DNA of 64,000 nt from Candidatus Poribacteria bacterium (GTDB taxonomy: Bacteria > Poribacteria > WGA-4E > WGA-3G): NCBI GenBank assembly GCA_965197475.1, contig CBDANF010000003.1, positions 544,001 to 608,000 of the forward strand, in the 5' to 3' direction. Below are positions 1 to 10,210 of this stretch, piece after piece (position 1 is the first letter of the stretch; each line of letters begins with the position of its first letter). The position numbers were made by a program, and so were the translations under genes. The notes under the pieces were generated by a model. That model saw only the letters and a program-made list of their open reading frames with translations. It was not told the origin of the DNA and ran no database searches.

Positions 1-704
1 AACTGTTCAGTGAGTTTGGCGTTAAAATCTTCAATGACTGTCTTGAGAGCCTCAATCAATTCATCAGTAGCAAGTTTCGCAACACTTTCAGCAACGGTTT
101 TTGAAAATGACTGAAATTCATCTCTCAATTGATCGTGTTTATCAGAAACAGTTGTTGTTAACGTCTCCAATTGTCCGACGGTATCGCTTTGTCCTCCGGT
201 AAGAGTGTTTTCAATGTTGGTTAGTGCGGTTGTAACTTCGTTTAACTTATCGCGAGTTTGTGTTCCCTCCTCTTTAACGGTTGTATTCAACGTCACTAGT
301 TGTGCAAGCAGATTGGTTTCTCCGGACGTTTCAATACCTTTTAAAGCATCAAAAAACTTGTCACGTTCTACTTCACTCGGAACTTTGCCTTTTTGAGATA
401 TTTGAAATAGCGGTGATGCTACCCCTTTTATGAGAATTGCTGATCCAATACCAACCAGCGAGGTCAAGAAAGCAAGTTTGAGTCCTTCTAATAAATTCGG
501 AATACTTGCTTCAATATTATCAATCTCAAATGCCTGAAGCCCAATGTAGATCCCGAGGAAAGTTCCAAAGACTCCAACGATAGTTAAAATTGAAGCCGCA
601 GTATTGGTATATGTATACCAACCTTTATTTCTCCATAAAATATATAACACAACCAATAAAACGACTGCCTGAAAACATACATATCCAATTGTAAACGAAT
701 TCAT
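1..704 (-). CDS. MotA/TolQ/ExbB-family membrane protein with long helical tail (ZorA-like), cut by window edge
   Basis: Not in the ORF track. ATG at 704 with RBS AAGGAGA; reads MNSFTIGY...AASILTIVGVFGTFLGIYIGLQAFEIDNIEASIPNLLEGLKLAFLTSLVGIG, then helical ...LIEALKTVIEDFNAKLTEQ. Confidence 0.75.
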   Translation of the reverse strand, partial: MNSFTIGYVCFQAVVLLVVLYILWRNKGWYTYTNTAASILTIVGVFGTFLGIYIGLQAFEIDNIEASIPNLLEGLKLAFLTSLVGIGSAILIKGVASPLFQISQKGKVPSEVERDKFFDALKGIETSGETNLLAQLVTLNTTVKEEGTQTRDKLNEVTTALTNIENTLTGGQSDTVGQLETLTTTVSDKHDQLRDEFQSFSKTVAESVAKLATDELIEALKTVIEDFNAKLTEQ

Positions 705-780
705 GAAATCTCCTTGCGAATTCTATAATGAAAAATATAACAATAAGAACTAAAAAAGTCAACGAAATTCTGAAATTTCC

Positions 781-1020
781 TCAATCCAACGGAAACAGCG
801 GACGTCTAACATTTTCATACTTAAAATGCAGCGGATTCACCGCTGTCAAACCGTGCGTATCCACCTCAATAATCTTCCCAGCAATCGGTTCGTAGGCAGC
901 GCGGTATGCGATTGCAGCTTTGGCAACAATCATCCGCATTGTCTTCGGATTGATGCCGAGACTCATCAACTGCAGCATCACGCGATTCGCTAATAGCATT
1001 GATATAGTCTTTCACTTTAT
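781..1020 (-). pseudogene. C-terminal remnant of an MlrC/M81 metallopeptidase
   Basis: SLGINPKTMRMIVAKAAIAYRAAYEPIAGKIIEVDT...VRRPLFPLD resembles the MlrC C-terminus; N-terminal domain absent. Confidence 0.6.
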
Positions 1021-1028
1021 CAAGCACT

Positions 1029-2474
1029 TTACCCCGCCCCAATCATTTTCCGTAACGTCATAATCAGTGTTCCCTCCGAAATCCACTTTGCAGCGATACG
1101 CCATACACTGGTAGAAAATGTTGGATACACGTGAATCATTCCGCTCAATTTTCGTAACGGAATCCCTTCTTGCATCGCCAAAACATATTCATGGATGACC
1201 TCCCCTGCATTTGTCCCAACAAGGTGAACACCTAATATCCTCCCACGCCATTTGCTTGCAATCACCTTAGAAAATCCTAGTGTTTCCCCTTCTGCAACCG
1301 CTCTGTCAACATCTGTCTGATCCAGCGTAAACACATCAACATCCCCATATTTCTCGCGTGCTTCTATCTCAGTTAATCCACATCGAGCAACCTCCGGATC
1401 ACAGAATGTTGTCCAAGGCACGACAGAATAGTCTATCTTTTTGGAGAAAGGTAAGAGGAAATTCCGAACGAGTAATTGGGCTTGAAATGCTGCCACATGT
1501 GTAAAAAGATAATGTCCAATTACATCGCCTGCAGCGTATATGTTTTTCACATGTGTTTGGAGTTGGTCATTAACGACGATCCCATTTTTCCCAACTTGTA
1601 CGCCAATTTTGTCGAGTCCTAAGTCTTCAACGTTTGGCGCGCGTCCAGCAGCAATTAGTATTTTATCAAAATTCTGTTCCTGATTTTCATTTTTAGGAGG
1701 AGTTTGTATCTCCGAAAACCTCACACCAATCCCATCTTCATGTTTTTCAACCTTCGCTATGTTCGTATTCAGCCGAATCTCAATACCCTCCGAGCTAAGG
1801 TATTGTAGCATCCGTTCAGAAACATCAACATCCTCTTTTGTTAGGATACGTCCACTCCGTTGTGCTATCGTGACCTCTGCACCGAGACGATGAAAAGCCT
1901 GTCCTAATTCAATGCCGATCGGGCCGGCACCGACTATCAGCAGGCGTTGCGGAAGTTCTTCCAATTCCCATACATTTTCACTGTCCAAATAGCCACATGA
2001 TTCCAATCCGGGTATAGCGGGTGCGAGAGGACGAGAACCGGTACTGATAACAAACTTTTTACTTTTTAGGGTTCGTGTCTGTCCGTTTTCACTGTCTTCT
2101 ACGACAAAAATGTCGCGCGATTCAAAATGTCCATTTCCAAAGATAACCTCAACCCCCATCTCGCGGAACCGTTCAGGATTATCGTGTTCATCTTCAATGA
2201 CATGTTGGGTGCTTCGCACATATTCCATCACTTTCTGCCATTCAGGAGTAGCTTCAGGGGAGGTGATCCCGTATTTATTAGCGTTGCGAATATAGTTTGC
2301 CACCTTCGCTGCTTTTAGCAATGCCTTAGAAGGCACACATCCTGTCCACAAACAGTCGCCACCGATGCGATGTTTCTCTACAAGTGCTGTCTTTTTCCCA
2401 AGTTTAGCACCAGCAACAGCAAGCACAAGCCCGGCACTCCCTCCACCAATAATTGTTATATCGTAAGTATCCAC
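1029..2474 (-). CDS. FAD-dependent pyridine nucleotide-disulfide oxidoreductase (MerA/dihydrolipoamide dehydrogenase-like)
   Basis: GGGSAG, GGDCLWTGCVPSK redox disulfide, GAGPIG, HVYPT; no C-terminal CC pair of true MerA. Confidence 0.9.
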   Translation of the reverse strand: MDTYDITIIGGGSAGLVLAVAGAKLGKKTALVEKHRIGGDCLWTGCVPSKALLKAAKVANYIRNANKYGITSPEATPEWQKVMEYVRSTQHVIEDEHDNPERFREMGVEVIFGNGHFESRDIFVVEDSENGQTRTLKSKKFVISTGSRPLAPAIPGLESCGYLDSENVWELEELPQRLLIVGAGPIGIELGQAFHRLGAEVTIAQRSGRILTKEDVDVSERMLQYLSSEGIEIRLNTNIAKVEKHEDGIGVRFSEIQTPPKNENQEQNFDKILIAAGRAPNVEDLGLDKIGVQVGKNGIVVNDQLQTHVKNIYAAGDVIGHYLFTHVAAFQAQLLVRNFLLPFSKKIDYSVVPWTTFCDPEVARCGLTEIEAREKYGDVDVFTLDQTDVDRAVAEGETLGFSKVIASKWRGRILGVHLVGTNAGEVIHEYVLAMQEGIPLRKLSGMIHVYPTFSTSVWRIAAKWISEGTLIMTLRKMIGAG

Positions 2475-2486
2475 AGATCCACTCCT

Positions 2487-4034
2487 CTATTTTGACTTGC
2501 GCAGGACTTTGCCCGGCAGCTTCCCTGTCACGTCGCCATCTTCAACAACCGGAGTGCCGTTGACGAATACCCAATTCACACCGACAGGTGGTTGTACCGG
2601 ATCAAACCATGTGGAACGGTCTTTGACCGTATCCGGATTGAAAATCACAATATCCGCAGCTAGTCCTTGTGAAATTCTGCCACGATCAGAAAGTCGGAAA
2701 CGTTCTGCGGGGAAGCCGCTCATCTTATAAACGGCTTCTTTCAGGGAGACTAACTGACGTTCACGGACAAATTTCCCAAGATATTGCACGAAGCACCCAT
2801 AACTCCGTGGATGCGGATGCGGGATGTTGTATACGCCATCACTGGCAATCATCATCAGAGGATGGCATGCGGTGCGGTTTAAAACCTGTTCATTTTCTTC
2901 TGGTGATGTTGCCCAAGGCATTACAAAGGTTTCAATCGCAATTTGCTCCCGAACGAAATCAAAGGCGAATTCTTCATGAGACTTCCCTTCACTTTTTGCA
3001 GCTTCAGCGAGCGTCATACCGATATACTTTCCTGATCTGTTGTAGCCAACAATTTGGTTGCCTTCACCTAATTTTTCTCGCAAGTGTTTAATGGATTTTT
3101 CTCGAACATCACTGTTCTCCAGATTGGCTAACATCTCATCAGGTGCACCGGTCTGATATTCCATCGGTAGCATCATTGCAAGATGTGTCATTCCTGCAGG
3201 ATATAGATAAGATTCAAATGTCAAATCTATATCTTCACGTTCAACTCGCTCAAGTATGCTCGCTGCTTCATCGTCAACGCGTTCATGGGAAATATGGACA
3301 GGTATCTCTGCGCGTTGTGCAATCTCAATTGTCTCCTCCCAAGCCGATTTCCTGCCAATAAGTTGGTAGCGGATATGTGCGGCATAAATTGCATCGTAAC
3401 TCGCTGCAACCTTTGAAAGATATACCAACTCGTTCAAGTCGGCATTCGCGGAGGGTTGATAATCCAACCCTAAACAGAGACAGCATGCCCCCGCTTCAAG
3501 CCATTCGCGTGTAGTCTGTTCCATCACTTTCAGTTCATCTGTGGTAGTAGGACGCGCATCCCATCCCATTGCACCGAGACGGACAGCACAATGCGGCACC
3601 TGTGGATAGAGATTTGCAGGGATTTTCCCGTTGAACATGTCAAGATAGTCATCCGGTGTCTGCCAATTGAGTGGGATTTCAGCATCTCCATACGCAAATT
3701 GTGTGTAGTGCCATAGCTCCTGCGCAAGTTTTGAGGTCAATAGTGCCCACCCAAAACCATCAGGGGCAGCAAGATGTGTGGTTACACCTTGCATGACAGC
3801 AGCAAATTGATCGCGCCCTCCGAGCAAGGAAATTTCAGAATGAACGTGGACATCTACAAAGCCAGGACACACAACCTGTCCTTCTGCTGAGATCCGACGT
3901 GGCGTTTCTGCATTTCCAAGATCACCTATTGCAGCAATGCTATCACCTTGAATCCCAATATCTGCAACATAAGGTTCACGTTTACCTGTGCCATCAACGA
4001 TGTTTCCGTCAACAATAATAGTGTTAAACGCCAC
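2487..4034 (-). CDS. N-acyl-D-amino-acid deacylase (amidohydrolase)
   Basis: PGFVDVHVH, AHIR, HISH, SDG..PHPRSYG, RGRISQGLAADIVIF. Confidence 0.85.
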   Translation of the reverse strand: MAFNTIIVDGNIVDGTGKREPYVADIGIQGDSIAAIGDLGNAETPRRISAEGQVVCPGFVDVHVHSEISLLGGRDQFAAVMQGVTTHLAAPDGFGWALLTSKLAQELWHYTQFAYGDAEIPLNWQTPDDYLDMFNGKIPANLYPQVPHCAVRLGAMGWDARPTTTDELKVMEQTTREWLEAGACCLCLGLDYQPSANADLNELVYLSKVAASYDAIYAAHIRYQLIGRKSAWEETIEIAQRAEIPVHISHERVDDEAASILERVEREDIDLTFESYLYPAGMTHLAMMLPMEYQTGAPDEMLANLENSDVREKSIKHLREKLGEGNQIVGYNRSGKYIGMTLAEAAKSEGKSHEEFAFDFVREQIAIETFVMPWATSPEENEQVLNRTACHPLMMIASDGVYNIPHPHPRSYGCFVQYLGKFVRERQLVSLKEAVYKMSGFPAERFRLSDRGRISQGLAADIVIFNPDTVKDRSTWFDPVQPPVGVNWVFVNGTPVVEDGDVTGKLPGKVLRKSK

Positions 4035-4084
4035 AAATTCCTCCTATAGCTCTATTTTTCTATACTGCATCTGCTATATTTCAC

Positions 4085-4180
4085 CTAATACCAAATTAAC
4101 GGGATTGATCTTATATTTCTGGGCAGACAGCGCGCGGACAAAGCGCGCCTACAAGTTGAATCAAGTTAATTTGGTATTAG
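4085..4180. repeat. ~96-bp MITE-like element, family M1, copy 1
   Basis: 16-bp terminal inverted repeat CTAATACCAAATTAAC/GTTAATTTGGTATTAG; internal GTAG-type hairpin; further copies at 50596 and 53796. Confidence 0.85.
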
Positions 4181-4363
4181 AATACATACCACGGTTTTGA
4201 GGTGAACCGTAGCAAAACATCTTCTCGCCACTTGATAGATATGTTAGCACAAATACTGGATCCGCGCAAGATAAAGGCAACGACCAGAGCCATCCAATTA
4301 ACCAATTGACAGAAAGATATAAAAATGCTATAATGCCTTAGACAAATCCTATAGGAGACAAAT

Positions 4364-5176
4364 ATGCTTAACCAAACCCAGGTTGACACGTTTCGTGAGA
4401 AAGGTTTTCTCCTCGGAAACCGTGTCCTAACTGACGAACAAGTCGAAGAATTGCGGTCAGAATTGGCACGCGTTATTGATGATTATGAAAAAACCGATGT
4501 CCAGCAGCCAGTACGAATCGCTAACCTCGGCGGACGGGAAGAGAGTCCTGTCTGGCAAATTGTTAATATCTGGGAGGCAAGTCCAGCCTATCATCAGCTA
4601 ATTTACAATCCAGTTGTTGTAGAAGAAATTGGACAACTGACATCTGCCACAGAGTTGCGCGTATGGCATGACCAAATCCAGTACAAACCGCCTCAAATCG
4701 GTGGTGTCAACAAATGGCATCAGGATTCTCCGTTGTGGGGAATTCTTCTCCCAAAAACGAGTCAAGTAACTGCTTGGGTCGCATTGGACGATGCTAATGA
4801 AGGCAATGGGTGTATGCGTATGGTCCCCGGTTCCTACCAGTGGGGCAATCAGATGCAGTTTTTGCGTACCGTCGGAGACATCCATAAAATGCATGACCGC
4901 TTTGAAGAAAATGAACTGTCTGTGGAACTCTGTCCTGTGCCAAAAGGACATGTCCATTACCATCATTCTTTGACATGGCACGGATCACATGACAACGCCA
5001 GCGGCGCGCCTCGGCGTGCAATCGCAGTCCATTATATGACAAGTGAAACCGTTTATGATGAAAGTGGCAATCACCTCATGAAACCTTTTGTTACGGTCAA
5101 TGGCGGTGAAAAATTGGCAGGCGATCATTTTCCACTTGTAATGGAATCCGGCGTGCCAACAATTCCAACGGCATAA
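4364..5176 (+). CDS. Phytanoyl-CoA dioxygenase family (PhyH-like) Fe/2OG oxygenase
   Basis: WHQD, WVALDD..NGCM..VPGS, WHGS..N...RRA. Confidence 0.9.
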   Translation: MLNQTQVDTFREKGFLLGNRVLTDEQVEELRSELARVIDDYEKTDVQQPVRIANLGGREESPVWQIVNIWEASPAYHQLIYNPVVVEEIGQLTSATELRVWHDQIQYKPPQIGGVNKWHQDSPLWGILLPKTSQVTAWVALDDANEGNGCMRMVPGSYQWGNQMQFLRTVGDIHKMHDRFEENELSVELCPVPKGHVHYHHSLTWHGSHDNASGAPRRAIAVHYMTSETVYDESGNHLMKPFVTVNGGEKLAGDHFPLVMESGVPTIPTA

Positions 5177-5304
5177 TCCTTGTCAATAGACATAAAAAAA
5201 TAGTTGATACTGAAAAGTTAAGGATTAGTAATTAAAATTGAATGCCAAGACATTCAAAATATGCGGACCTTCCCTACAAGAAATTAATGTTATAGGAGAC
5301 AAAT

Positions 5305-6117
5305 ATGCTTAACCATGCTCAAATCGACACATTTCGTGAAAAGGGTTTTCTTCTTGGAAGTCGTGTCTTGAGTGATGAACAGGTTGACGAATTGCGGTCA
5401 GAATTGACACGCGTTATTGATGACTACAAAAAAGAGGATGTCCCGCAACCGGTCCATATTGTCAACCTCGGTAGCAGAGAAGAAACGCCTGTCTGGCAAA
5501 TTGTGAATATCTGGGAGGCGAGTCCTGCGTATAGGAAACTCGTTCACAACCCGATCATCGTCGAAGAAATTGGGCAGCTTACATCGGCGACAGAGGTGCG
5601 CGTGTGGCACGATCAAATCCAATACAAACCGCCACAAGTCGGTGGTGTTAACATGTGGCATCAGGATTCACCTTATTGGCCGATTCTTACGCCGAAGACC
5701 AGTCAAGTAACTGGATGGGTTGCGTTAGACGATGTTGATGAAAGCAATGGGTGTATGCGGATGGTGCCCGGTTCTTACCACTGGGGTAACCAGATTCCGT
5801 TTTTGCATTCTGTCAAAGACATCCATTCAATGCCAGACCAATTCGAAGAACACGAATTGCACGTAGAGCTTTGCTCTGTCCCTAAAGGTTATGTCCATTA
5901 CCATCATTCCTTGACGTGGCATGGATCGCATGCGAACAGCAGCGGTCAACCGAGACGCGCAATTGCTGTGCATTATATGACGAGCGAAACCCTTTACGAT
6001 GCAAGTGGAAACCATGTGATGAAATCTTTTGTCACAGTCAATGATGGCGACAAATTAGCAGGCGACCATTTTCCGCTTGTGATGGATGCTGGGATGCCCA
6101 CAAGCCCCAGTGCATAA
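5305..6117 (+). CDS. PhyH-like Fe/2OG oxygenase, tandem paralogue
   Basis: Same length (270 aa), same motifs and same upstream TATAGGAGACAAATATG as the gene at 4364. Confidence 0.9.
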   Translation: MLNHAQIDTFREKGFLLGSRVLSDEQVDELRSELTRVIDDYKKEDVPQPVHIVNLGSREETPVWQIVNIWEASPAYRKLVHNPIIVEEIGQLTSATEVRVWHDQIQYKPPQVGGVNMWHQDSPYWPILTPKTSQVTGWVALDDVDESNGCMRMVPGSYHWGNQIPFLHSVKDIHSMPDQFEEHELHVELCSVPKGYVHYHHSLTWHGSHANSSGQPRRAIAVHYMTSETLYDASGNHVMKSFVTVNDGDKLAGDHFPLVMDAGMPTSPSA

Positions 6118-6234
6118 ACCTTTTTAGCTAATAGTCTTAAAGCATGTAAGTCCAACCAACGGGAGGGTTGGTATACGCAAAGGATTGCCCTTAACACAAC
6201 TCCCCTAAACGAACCACAAGGGACATTAAAAATT

Positions 6235-7869
6235 ATGAAAGTTGTTGATGCAGTTGCAAAAGTCCTTAAGGCAGAGGGTGTGCAATATCTCTTCGCGTAT
6301 CCTGTTAACCCAATAATTGAAGCAGCGGCGAAGGTGGATATCCGTCCCATTATCGTTCGTCAGGAACGCATCGGACTTCACATGGCAGACGCAGTGAGTC
6401 GAATGACCTCTGGACAACAGATTGGCGTGTTCTGCATGCAAAGCGGTCCAGGTTCTGAAAACGCATTTGGCGGGGTTGCGCAAGCTTATGGTGATTCTGC
6501 TCCGATTGTTGTTCTACCGATGGGATATGCAAGACCATTGACCCAAATTCAACCGAACTTCAATTCTGCGTTGAATTATCGGCACGTGACAAAGTCATGC
6601 GAACAACTCACGGTGCCAGAGGCACTACCTGAGGTAATGCGGCGTGCCTTTACACAAGTCAGGAACGGCAGACCGAGACCCGCACTTGTGGAAATTCCGG
6701 CTGATTTAATGTCCCAGGAAGTCCCCGATCCTTTTGACCCGACACCTGTTCCCACAGTACGTTACGGTCCCGACAGCACAGAGATTGAAGCGGTTGCAGA
6801 TGCTTTGATTAATGCAGCATGCCCTGTTATTTATGCCGGACAAGGTGTTCATTACGCGCAAGCGTGGGATGCGTTGAAAGAACTTGCGGAACTTCTCGCT
6901 GCACCTGTAACAACCAGTTTGGGAGGCAAAAGTGCTTTTCCAGAAGATCATCCATTGGCACTCGGTTCCGGCGGACGATCCATTCCAAAACCGGTGCATC
7001 ACTTCCTCCAAAAGACGGATCTCCTTTTCGGTATCGGTTGTAGTTTCAGCAGAACGCACTTTGGCGTTAAGATTCCGGAAGGAAAACGTGTCATCCACGC
7101 AACCTTAGATCCAGCTGATATTAACAAAGACGTTCCGGTTGACACTGCGCTTGTTGGTGATGCACGCTTGATTTTAGAGGGTTTGGTGGAGGCTGTCCGA
7201 GATCGTTCCAGTGTTGCATCCGAGAGCGAAACTGCTGCAATCGCTGAAGAAATTAGCACAGTGAAAGCAGAATGGCTTGAAGAGTGGATGCCGAAACTTA
7301 CCTCTAAAGAAGTGCCGATGACACCCTATCGCGTTATTTGGGATCTTATGCACACCGTTGATGTCAAAAACACAATCATCACACACGATGCCGGAAGTCC
7401 TCGCGATCAACTATCCCCGTTTTGGCAATGTAAAACACCTCTTTCTTACATCGGTTGGGGAAAAACAACCCAACTTGGCTATGGACTCGGTCTCGCAATG
7501 GGAGCAAAACTCGCGAAACCGGACGCACTCTGTATCAATGTCTGGGGCGATGCTGCTATCGGTTTTACCGGCATGGATTTCGAGACTGCAGTCCGTGAAC
7601 GAATACCGATCCTCTCTGTCCTTTTCAACAATTTCTCTATGGCAATAGAAATTCCGATTATGCCTGTATCTACCGAGAAATATCGCAGTACAGACATCTC
7701 TGGTAACTATGCAGATATGGCGAAAGCCTTCGGTGGATACGGAGAGCGTGTCGAAACACTAGACCAAATTATACCAGCGATTCAACGCGGTATCCAAAAA
7801 ACGCAGGAGGGCCTTCCTGCACTGCTGGAATTTATCACAGCAAAAGAAATTCAGATTTCGAAGTTCTAA
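6235..7869 (+). CDS. Thiamine-pyrophosphate-dependent enzyme (acetolactate synthase-like family)
   Basis: RQE catalytic Glu, GPG, GDAA..(x)..NN TPP-binding motif. Confidence 0.88.
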   Translation: MKVVDAVAKVLKAEGVQYLFAYPVNPIIEAAAKVDIRPIIVRQERIGLHMADAVSRMTSGQQIGVFCMQSGPGSENAFGGVAQAYGDSAPIVVLPMGYARPLTQIQPNFNSALNYRHVTKSCEQLTVPEALPEVMRRAFTQVRNGRPRPALVEIPADLMSQEVPDPFDPTPVPTVRYGPDSTEIEAVADALINAACPVIYAGQGVHYAQAWDALKELAELLAAPVTTSLGGKSAFPEDHPLALGSGGRSIPKPVHHFLQKTDLLFGIGCSFSRTHFGVKIPEGKRVIHATLDPADINKDVPVDTALVGDARLILEGLVEAVRDRSSVASESETAAIAEEISTVKAEWLEEWMPKLTSKEVPMTPYRVIWDLMHTVDVKNTIITHDAGSPRDQLSPFWQCKTPLSYIGWGKTTQLGYGLGLAMGAKLAKPDALCINVWGDAAIGFTGMDFETAVRERIPILSVLFNNFSMAIEIPIMPVSTEKYRSTDISGNYADMAKAFGGYGERVETLDQIIPAIQRGIQKTQEGLPALLEFITAKEIQISKF

Positions 7870-7944
7870 CATGTTCGATCCGGACCAAGTCCAGTTTACC
7901 ACAAAGGAGTTTTTTGAGATGAAACTTATACCATTTCTGAATAA

Positions 7945-8493
7945 TTATATTCCATTTGCGACTTTCGTGAAATATCTAAAATTTGTGATTTGAGCAATAG
8001 CTGCCGTAGTATACTTTCTCAAGATTTGTGTGATTTTGTCCTGCATTTCCTCTATTGACCCCAATGTGTGCTGAAACAATTTGGCTTTGATGTCTTGCCA
8101 GAGTCTTTCGATCGGGTTCAACTCTGGACTATAAGGGGGTAGAAAAATCAAGGCGATGTTGTCAGGAAGTTGTAGCGATTTCGCCTGATGAAAACGACCA
8201 TTATCAAGCACAAGGACATTTAGCGTCTCTGGAAAAGTCTTTGCTAACTCATCAATGCATACTTGGAAACAGACACCATTGAGCCAGGGCATTTCAAGGA
8301 AGAAACTTTCTCCTGTTATCGGTTCCACAGCTCCGTATAGATAAAGGCTCTGGTAAGTGTGATCAACATTGGCAATCGGTTTAACACCGCGTAAGGTGGG
8401 ACGCCGAGACGACACAGGCAAAAGACCACACCTTGACTCGTCTTGGCAAAAAAGTCGGACGCTTTGAAAAGAAGATGCCTTCTCCGAAATCAC
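7945..8493 (-). pseudogene. IS630 transposase DDE domain
   Basis: FCQDESR...LDNGRFH...PYSPELNPIERLW. Confidence 0.9.
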
Positions 8494-8555
8494 CTCCTCA
8501 ACTTTGGTAGCGAAGTTAGCAACGAACGCATCACACGCTACATCGTTTTTTTTTA

Positions 8556-9694
8556 CGGAATAAGTCGTTTTGGACTTGACAAAAGTTGGAAAAGTGCGCT
8601 AAACCCTTGTAAATAAAGGGTTTTCATAGTATAATATCAGTAAGAAAATAGGGGGTATCAACCCCCTATTTGAAACTCAAAAAAGCGAGTTGCTTTTCTG
8701 GTTCACACTTATCTGATATTGTATCAGAAACTATCAGAAAAATGCAACTCCAAAAAACAGGAGTGTTTTCTGATGGATTTAATCAAGGTGATGAAGACGT
8801 TCTCAACGCAAGAGGATTGCATCGAATATCTGGAGCGGCTCCGATGGAAAGAATCGCCAGAATGCCCGCATTGTCCAAGTCTAAACGTCCGAAGGCGGAA
8901 CGAACACGAGGTTGGGCGTGTCGGACGCTGGAACTGCCACGATTGCCGTGCTACATTCAAGGTGACACACGGCACAATATTTCACGGCACGAAGATACCG
9001 CTCCAAAAGTGGTTTCTCGCTATCGCTCTCATGGCAAACGCAAAGAAAAGTTTGTCCTCCCATCAACTTGCGCGCGATTTAGGGATGAAACAGAAAGCTG
9101 CTTGGTGTCTAATGATGGCTATACGCACAGAGATGGGAAAGGATAATGTCCTACTACAAGGGGTCATTGAAGCAGATGAAACCTATATCGGTGGTAAGCG
9201 TCGCAAAGACTATGACCGGGAGGATGGTGAACCCCGTAAACGCGGACGCGGCACCGCTAAAGATGCCGTGCTGGGCGCAGTCGCACGTGGTGGACACGCC
9301 ATCGCACAACTCGTATCCAACGCCACTGGTGAGACGATCTCCGACTTCATCAACAGATTCGTCAATACCGAAGATTCTGAACTCATTACCGATCAGTATA
9401 GAAGCTACAACGAAATCGGTAAGGAAATGAAACATGAGACACTTAACCGTAGTGAGAAATGGGAGGCTGGCGACATCCATACCAATACGATGGAAGGCTT
9501 TTGGTCTTTCGTCAAGAGGGCATGGTATGGACAACAACACCACTACTCAACAAGATACACGCCCCTGTATCTCGCAGAGGCAGGCTATAAATATAACTAC
9601 CGAGAAACCAACATCTTTGAGAAGTTTCTCACCGAAAGTATAACGTGAGAAATCTGAAAAATAAAAACTTCCAAGTCCAAAACGACTTATTGCG
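8556..9694 (+). mobile_element. IS1595-family element (type A)
   Basis: TIR CGGAATAAGTCGTTTTGGACTTG / CAAGTCCAAAACGACTTATTGCG; 8-bp target duplication TTTTTTTA. Confidence 0.92.
8773..9648 (+). CDS. IS1595 transposase
   Basis: CPHC..CHDC zinc ribbon, EADETYIGG, ITD, HTNTMEGFWS; ATG at 8773 after AGGAG. Confidence 0.92.
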   Translation: MDLIKVMKTFSTQEDCIEYLERLRWKESPECPHCPSLNVRRRNEHEVGRVGRWNCHDCRATFKVTHGTIFHGTKIPLQKWFLAIALMANAKKSLSSHQLARDLGMKQKAAWCLMMAIRTEMGKDNVLLQGVIEADETYIGGKRRKDYDREDGEPRKRGRGTAKDAVLGAVARGGHAIAQLVSNATGETISDFINRFVNTEDSELITDQYRSYNEIGKEMKHETLNRSEKWEAGDIHTNTMEGFWSFVKRAWYGQQHHYSTRYTPLYLAEAGYKYNYRETNIFEKFLTESIT

Positions 9695-9699
9695 TTTTT

Positions 9700-10150
9700 T
9701 TATGACTTTTGCGAGGCACTTTGAGTTTCGCATTCCATTTATACCGAACTAACGCATGAACTGTTTTATAGTGCATTTGGACACCGAAGGTTTCTTCAAT
9801 ATAATCTGTTATCTGTTGATAACTGGAAAAACCTTCTGGTTTTTGAAGTTCCGCTCGCAGCAGCTCTTGTTGTTCTTTGGATAACCGAGGGGGACGCCCG
9901 GGGAATAATCACGATCCAAAAGCGCATCAAGTTCTTCAGTCTCATAAGTCGCTATCCAGTGTCCAATCGTTTTTCGGCTGACACCTAACCTCTCAGCGAC
10001 TTGCTTGCGAGTTATTGCTTGACCACTACGAAATAGGTAAAGGGCTGTCAATCTTTGCTTTTGATAACCTACTGATGTCTTTCTCAACAGGCTTTTCAAC
10101 TCTGAAACACTTTCTGTAATCTCTGGAGGCTTTATGTGCATTGGTATCAA
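9700..10150 (-). pseudogene. IS630 transposase N-terminal HTH part
   Basis: QVAERLGVSRKTIGHW; changes frame near 9895 and continues ...KWNAKLKVPRKSHKK into the IS1595 insertion site. Confidence 0.8.
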
Positions 10151-10210
10151 TCCTATGATTTGTATAATTGGAAAAAGTATAGCAGAAATTGAAAACTTTT
10201 AAAAGGATAA

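Larger units (their letters stand above)
7928..10181 (-). mobile_element. IS630-family element, interrupted by IS1595 and frameshifted
   Basis: HTH part 9809-10150 and DDE part 7945-8493 (QDESR, LDNGRFH, LPPYSPELNPIERLW); TATAC ends; boundaries approximate. Confidence 0.85.

Noticed and set aside
1029-2474. Mercuric reductase merA
   Set aside because: No C-terminal Cys-Cys pair and no mer operon.
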